From assembly GCA_012295275.1 (NCBI GenBank), contig CM022673.1:14942001-15006000 (forward strand): a DNA stretch of 64,000 nucleotides, written 5' to 3'. Below, piece after piece: positions 57,231-64,000 of this stretch (position 1 is the first letter of the stretch; the number at the start of each line of letters is the position of its first letter). A program made the translations under genes and the position numbers. Origin of the DNA: Chrysomallon squamiferum (taxonomy: Eukaryota; Animalia; Mollusca). The notes under the pieces are model-generated. The model searched no databases. It saw only the letters and a program-made list of their open reading frames with translations, and was not told where the DNA came from.

Positions 57231-58819
57231 ATAAAAACAATTTTTTTTATTTTTACATTTTCTTCTTTTTATTATTTATTTTATTCTAATTTTTATCCCA
57301 TTTAAGTATTGGTAAGCCCAAGAAAGAATTAATATGTGTGAAAGAAAGAAAATGTAGAGGTCATACATGAACCCAAATGCTGTTGTACCATTTAATTTGA
57401 TCCCAGTACTTAACAGAATGGTTCTAGAGTTGTTGTTTTCTTTTCAAATGAAATAATGTACAAAAATATACTCATACTGGATTTTTTCTTGTGTTTTCTC
57501 CTCTTCTGTGACAATGTCATGGAAACACACAAAGCCAATAAAACAGTGACAGTTAAAATATTTCTCAAGTCCATTTTTGTTGTTATTTTATTATTATTAT
57601 TTTTTTTTTATAAATTTAATCTTTTGTCAGCATCCCTCCATTGACCTGAAACAGATGTAAAAAAGTTACATTAATAATGGAATTAATAAACTGATATGTT
57701 AAGATCTACAGATCAGTGAATTATCAATATGGTTCACCTGCAATAAAAAGACAAAAAAAAAAAAAAAAAAAACCCACAAAAAACCCCAATAATGATGAGG
57801 GACAAAATGTCAGAACTGTAAAAACATTTTATATATTTATGATTAGAATACACAGTCTATAAATAATAAAAGTACTACAATACACACTGTGTAAAGAACA
57901 ACACCATATCAACATACATACATGTATAAAAGATGATCAAAATCTCCATTATTCTATGTGTGTTCAAAACAAGCGAATGAAAAAAAAAGAAAAAAAGTGA
58001 TCACTGAACAATAGTATTCAGAGATTGTGGCATCCCCAGGTGATATCAAGTTCTCTAGAATATTTATATCTCTGCAGTTAATGACAAACAAACTCCAGCC
58101 TACAGATCCTGGTTACAGAACACTTGCAGAGTGAAAACACCACAAGCTTATTTAATCTCCTTTAGCCCCACAATGGAAATATCACAAACATACACCATAC
58201 ATGCATGTGCAATTCAGAAACAGACTATATATATATATATATATTTTTTTTTTTTCATCTGATACTGGGAGAATCCTGGATCTTTTCTGCAGTTGTTGGC
58301 AACACTTAAGAACACAGGCTTACAACTTTTGCAAGCAGTTTACTAGCAGCCAGAAGTTCTGTGTGTTTTGTCCATGCAGTTGCTGCCAGCATCCAGTTTT
58401 GGCAGCCTGCCTATCTGACCCCTTTCCTGCAGGGTAGTTCCATTCACCTGCACACACACACACAGCCAGTCTGGGAGTTACATATCACAAATCCTGTACA
58501 GACTCAGCTCATGTTTCACTCGTACAGTAAATGTGTCAGATAACAGGCCCCAGTTTCAAAAATATCCAGAAAGACTTCAAAGATGATGTGAAGTATGTTT
58601 TCAAGACTTTTATTTGAAAATTATTTTTTACATCCACAAAATGAGCATAGAATCATTTTTCTCCCACAGATGTTTCACTAAACATACTAACAAGCACAAA
58701 TCTCTCAACCTAATCTCTTGTATATATGTATATGTGTGTGTGTGTTTGTTTGTGTGCACCTAATGATTAATTTTATCTACTAACATGTTAAATGAGCAAT
58801 AACAAATTATGTTTTCAAA

Positions 58820-58866
<47 letters not shown>

Positions 58867-59318
58867 GCTGAATCTAAAATGATCTATTAATCTGTTAAAT
58901 AGGCAATGACAAGTTATAATTTTTCAAATTTTCTCTATCTTAAAAGCAACAAGATATTTTCCAGTGGAATGTTTGTGGCTGAAGCATTTTTTTTATCTGT
59001 GATATCTTATCTCAGTTACAGGCTCAATCTGTCTTTAAACTGCATGTAAGTTCTGCTGTCTGAGTTACACACAACCAATATCTGTTACTCACTCTCTCTC
59101 CCCCCATACACACACAATATCTTTTACATTCTCCCTCTTTCTTTCTGACTCTCCCTCTATTTCTCTCTCTGTCACATGCACACAAACACACACAGAAGTA
59201 ACACAGAAGTAACACAAATGTTCTTTTTCCTTTCAGTCCAATCATTCTTTCTGAAACAGATATAACTACTCTTTTTTCCTCTGTACATTTTTATTTTTAT
59301 CTATTTTATTTGTTTCAA

Positions 59319-59364
<46 letters not shown>

Positions 59365-60589
59365 TTTATTATTATTATTTTTTAAATATATTTATTTTTA
59401 TTTTTTAAACTCATGTTTTTCCTTACATAACACAAATATTCTTTTTATTCTTTCACAACACACATTTTCCAATCACTTCTATTACTTTTAAAGACACACA
59501 CACACACATACACACACACACACAACGTAACGTCTACTTCTTTCATCCGTAGACACAAAAATATATTCTAAAATCTACATATATATACTGGAAAAGAGTC
59601 ACTGTAAAAAGCACATGAAAAACGTGTAATGTTTTAATTTAGCTGCATAAAATCATCAAATATGTAATAGTAAAAATAAAACAACTGTATAAAACTTTAT
59701 CCTCTAAGGAATTAGCAGCATTTTTGTCTATAAAGGTTTTTCTATTTTAATGTCAACGATGCCTGTTACACAAACACTCAGGAACAGATAAAATCATAAA
59801 CAGACACACATGTACAGATAAAATCATAAACAGACACACACATACAGATATATATACACAGACTAAAGTTTTCATATCTCTAACTTATGCACATGAGGTA
59901 GATTTATCAGATTTATCAGATTTCTTGCTAACCAAACAACACAGGTAATTAACAGCCGTGGATCCATTTCAAGAAAACATTTATTAGAATTTTAGTCTTA
60001 ATCAAATACACCTGCAAATTATCAACAGCTAGTGTTAATTAATAACACTTAAAATTAGTTTGTACTAATAATTCATCCCTAATGAATAAAGGCAGATGTG
60101 TTAACAAATAGCCAAATTATATAAATATTTTTTTTATTATTATTATTTTTAAATCTTTAATCTTTTTTAAATATAATATGTTTTGTTCAAAGAAAGATTG
60201 TAAATTCTTAATAAGTTAAGGATGTGAAAATTTTTACTCTTCAATTAAGTAATTTTATCATTACCATTATCATTATTGTTCTGATTGTTGTTGTTGTTGA
60301 TGATGTTGTTGATGTTGCTGTTATTATTATTATTTACATAGAATTATGCATCAAAATAGAGATTATGCCTACATACTTAAGTTAATTTTTTTTACTAGTA
60401 TTTCTTTTTATTCATTGAAAATTTGTCACATGAAATTAATGAACTCAAATAAACATCACATACTGAACAAGACACTGTCTGAACGTCATCAAAAATAAGC
60501 CCATTTACAAAACAAATTCCCAATTTACCAAATAGACTTAATAATCTAAACATCAATAAAAATGAGATCCTATTTAAAAAAATCTGTTT

Positions 60590-61252
60590 TAAATTTCCTG
60601 TTTACCAGATGAACTTCACTATCAAAAATAAACCTCTCTACATTTACAAAACTAACTCAATACTTGCCTGATATTTTTCACAATCTTACTAGAGTTCTCA
60701 AAACTTCATATTCACCAAATGACCTTCACAATCAAAAAGAAAACTCTTAAACTTACAAAACAAACTACTTGTTTACAAAAAACTTTATAATCTAAAATAA
60801 ACCTCTTATAAAACTAACTCAGTATTTACCAGATACATTTCACAATCTAAGTGGAACTCTCAAAACTTCCTATTTACCAAATGAAGTTCACAATAAAAAA
60901 TAAACTTCTTTAAACTTTCAAAACAAACTCTGTTTACAAAATTAAACTTCATAATCTAAAATAAACCTTTTTAAACTTATAAAACTAATTCAGTATTTCA
61001 CAATCTAAACAAGAGCTCTCAAAACTTCCTATTTACCAAATGAACTTTACAATAAAAATTAAACCTCTTTAAACTTATAAAACTAACTCAGTGTTTACCA
61101 TATATATTTTCACAATCTAACTGGAACTCTCAAAACTTCCCATTTACCAAATGAACTTTACAATAAAAAATAAACCTCTTTAAACTTATAAAACTAACTC
61201 AGTATTTACCATGTATATATATTTCACAATCTAAACTATAGCTCTCAAAACG
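60590..61252. repeat. Higher-order minisatellite of related ~60-bp and ~50-bp monomers
   Basis: Recurrent tttaccaaatgaactt(c/t)acaat.aaaaataaacctctttaaacttataaaactaactcagta and tttacca.atatatttcacaatctaa..ggaactctcaaaacttccta. The marker caaaac(ttc) falls at ~60699, 60861, 61020, 61131 and 61246. Confidence 0.85.
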
Positions 61253-62236
61253 TTGGTAAAACGTTCCCCAAATATAAAACAAACTCTCTCCCATCCTTCC
61301 CCCTTCCAAGTGGGTCTGTCTGAAACTAAGAGACGATGTTATCAAGGAAAGGGCAGCGCCTGATGGGAGGTGACTGCTGTGTGCGCTGACATCACTTGCA
61401 TCCTGGCCCATCTCAGCCTGATAAAGTCTCCCTATCACTTAACACATGCCAGCTTCTCCCTGGAGCCAGAGCAATCAATTTTCCCCAAGAACTGCTTACA
61501 GAGATACACACGGTTTCGAAAAAAGTTTAAAATAAACAAACATCCAGTATATATATAAATAAATAAATAAATAAATAAATAATCTGTTAATAATTATATA
61601 AATAAAAAAAATAATAATAAATAGGCAAAATCATTAAAATAAAATAAATAAAATTAATAATAAACAGGTAAAATAAAATTAAAGAAAATAAGAAAAGAAA
61701 AGAAAAGTGTTTAAGGTTATGTAAACATAAAATATCTAAATACATAAATAAAATCAACTATGATAAAGCAAAATAAAGTAAAAACGAAACAAAATAAAAT
61801 AAAAAATCCAAAAAAGTAAAAATTAAGGAAAACAAAATAAAACACATTAATAAAAAAAAAGTTATGTAAACATAAAATATCTAAGTATATAAATAAACCC
61901 AAATAAGATAAATGATTGTAAATGAATAATAACAAAAAATAAAAAATAAAATGAAAAGTGTATATGTACATGCTGTTTATAAATGATGAGTAAAGCAAAG
62001 AAAAACAACAAAAAAACCCTCTGCTTCATTTTAGTAAAAGCAACAAATAAAAAATTAAATGACTATTAAGACATATCTGTCTGTTAAATTAATAAATGTC
62101 TATGTAAAAATATTTTTATTGCATGTTTTGGATGAACTTGCCAGTTTGAAAATACCATGTAAGTTGTTTTTTTTACAACTTAACTTCAATGCTGCTTTTA
62201 AATGTACAATAACTAACTAACTAACTAACTAACTAA

Positions 62237-62283
<47 letters not shown>

Positions 62284-62761
62284 AATAAAATAAAATAAAA
62301 TAAAATAAAATAAAACAAAACAAAAATATTCCTAAATAATTTAAAATTTTAGAAAGTAAATTTTGACTTTTGATGACGCATAAACTGATTTAGGAATTTT
62401 GTGTTAAAGTAAACCCATTTTAAAAAAAAAAATAATTGTGTTCATTCATTTTTTTTTCTCTCTTTCTCAAGAAAAGTCAGTTTTTTAAATATCTCTTTTC
62501 TGTTTGTAAAATACATATGTCCACACCCCACACCCACCCACAAATAATTACAATACCAAAAAAATGCAAACTATTTGTGTCCACTCTTTGATAGATGTTT
62601 TTTGTGACTGATACAAACACAACCCTGTGGTGATGGATTCCTTATTGACACGGACAACTGACCCACCACATTTTTCTCTTGATCTGTGACCTCAAAACAA
62701 AGGCCACTGAGCCCCACACATTATTGTGACAAGGCAGGAAAGAGCTAAATATGATCTCTCT

Positions 62762-62807
<46 letters not shown>

Positions 62808-63540
62808 ATTATTTATTAATTATTTATTAATTTTTATTATTAGTATTTATTTATTATTATTGTTGTTGTTGTTTGTTCTTTTTGTACTGTATATCCTTAA
62901 AAAATATGTATTTCTTACCTTTTTCTTAAGTTCTACATAACATAAACAAAGATGAAGAGTGAGAGAGAAAAATAATAATAATAAAATAATCAGACATGTA
63001 CATATGTATACAAATACATGCACTTTTAAAAGCAGTGATACACATTAAATTTAAAATAATTATAAACTGCAAAATAATTATTTTCTATTTCTAACCTTAA
63101 TTTTTTTTTATAAATATCTAACTAAAAAAACAAAAGTGTATTAGAATTTTTTAATATTTCATAAAAATTTAAAAAAATAAAAAAAAATAAAATGGTCTTC
63201 TAGGTTTGAATAACACACTCATGTTTAAAGGTAAAAACGTCAAACTTTGATTAGCCCGAGAAGATCGGCAAAGAACATTTAGAATAGGAAGCCATTACTC
63301 TTGATACAAATCATATGTCTTCAAAGAAAGAATAAACATATTTCATAATGCCAAACCCATAACAATAACAAGCACATGTACAATAATTTAAAATATTACA
63401 CCCAGCCACATATATTTCATGGCAAATATGTATACTTATTCTTAGCACAGATTAAGTTTAAAAGGGTTTTTTTTTTTTTGCTTTTACTTTAAAAGTCTTG
63501 GAGTCATTGAAATTTAATATCATACTGAAAATTACTGCAT

Positions 63541-63598
<58 letters not shown>

Positions 63599-64000
63599 AA
63601 AAAAAAAAAGACATTGCAAAAGATAGAAAAATAAAAATTCTAAATTACAAATAAATAAATAAATAAATAAAACAAAAAACTCACAAAGAATAAAAATAAA
63701 TTTTACTTTCTCCAGAAATCAATAACAAATTCTATTTTTTGTTTTAATATCTGTTTAATTAATTTTTAATTTTTTAATTTTTATTTTTATTTCTGTATAG
63801 CCATGAACAAACTATAAATCCTGCATTTCAGAAATAGAATGGACATGCATCACTAAGATGGAGTAATTTTCAGGTTGAAATACATTTATACACAAAATTA
63901 AATCCATTTGAACTTGAAAATTATTTACATATCAACTAACAAAAATATACCAACCACAGGTCAGCTTCATGTCAAACAAAAATTGCTTTGGTTTAGTTTT

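Noticed and set aside
60590-61252. Repeat array that superficially resembles CRISPR (also the 30-bp repeat pair at ~24.0-24.1 kb)
   Set aside because: The intervening sequences are themselves repeats or there are only two copies. The context is eukaryotic and has no cas genes.

Overview
AT-rich, microsatellite-saturated animal genomic DNA with GT-AG introns. A mollusc, possibly a cephalopod, is my inference from composition and gene content, not something the sequence proves. Most ORF-track entries are microsatellite artefacts. I reconstructed five protein-coding genes by hand from splice sites and reading-frame phase: (1) an orphan secreted Ser/Thr-rich, Cys-rich protein (- strand, 2268-3095); (2) a 13-coding-exon, 612-aa bacterial-type (ExoU/VipD-like) patatin phospholipase with a myristoylation motif and an inserted EF-hand pair (- strand, 6652-14567); (3) a 422-aa secernin whose N-terminal nucleophile Cys is replaced by Ser (+ strand, 33289-37051); (4) a 672-aa Lsi2/ArsB-type silicon/arsenite efflux-like transporter with only one CDS intron (+ strand, 44561-46851); (5) the 3' part of a kinase-less FGFR-like receptor (FGFRL1/nou-darake-like; - strand, 52839-56658). 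Also present: a decayed Mutator-like transposase fragment, tRNA-derived SINE-like remnants, a foldback inverted repeat, local duplications, a higher-order minisatellite, several RFX X-box and CRE motifs, and a sharp CpG-depletion boundary near 48.75 kb. I found no CRISPR array, rRNA or intact tRNA gene, and no evidence that the five genes form one functional system. The novelty lies in individual protein architectures.
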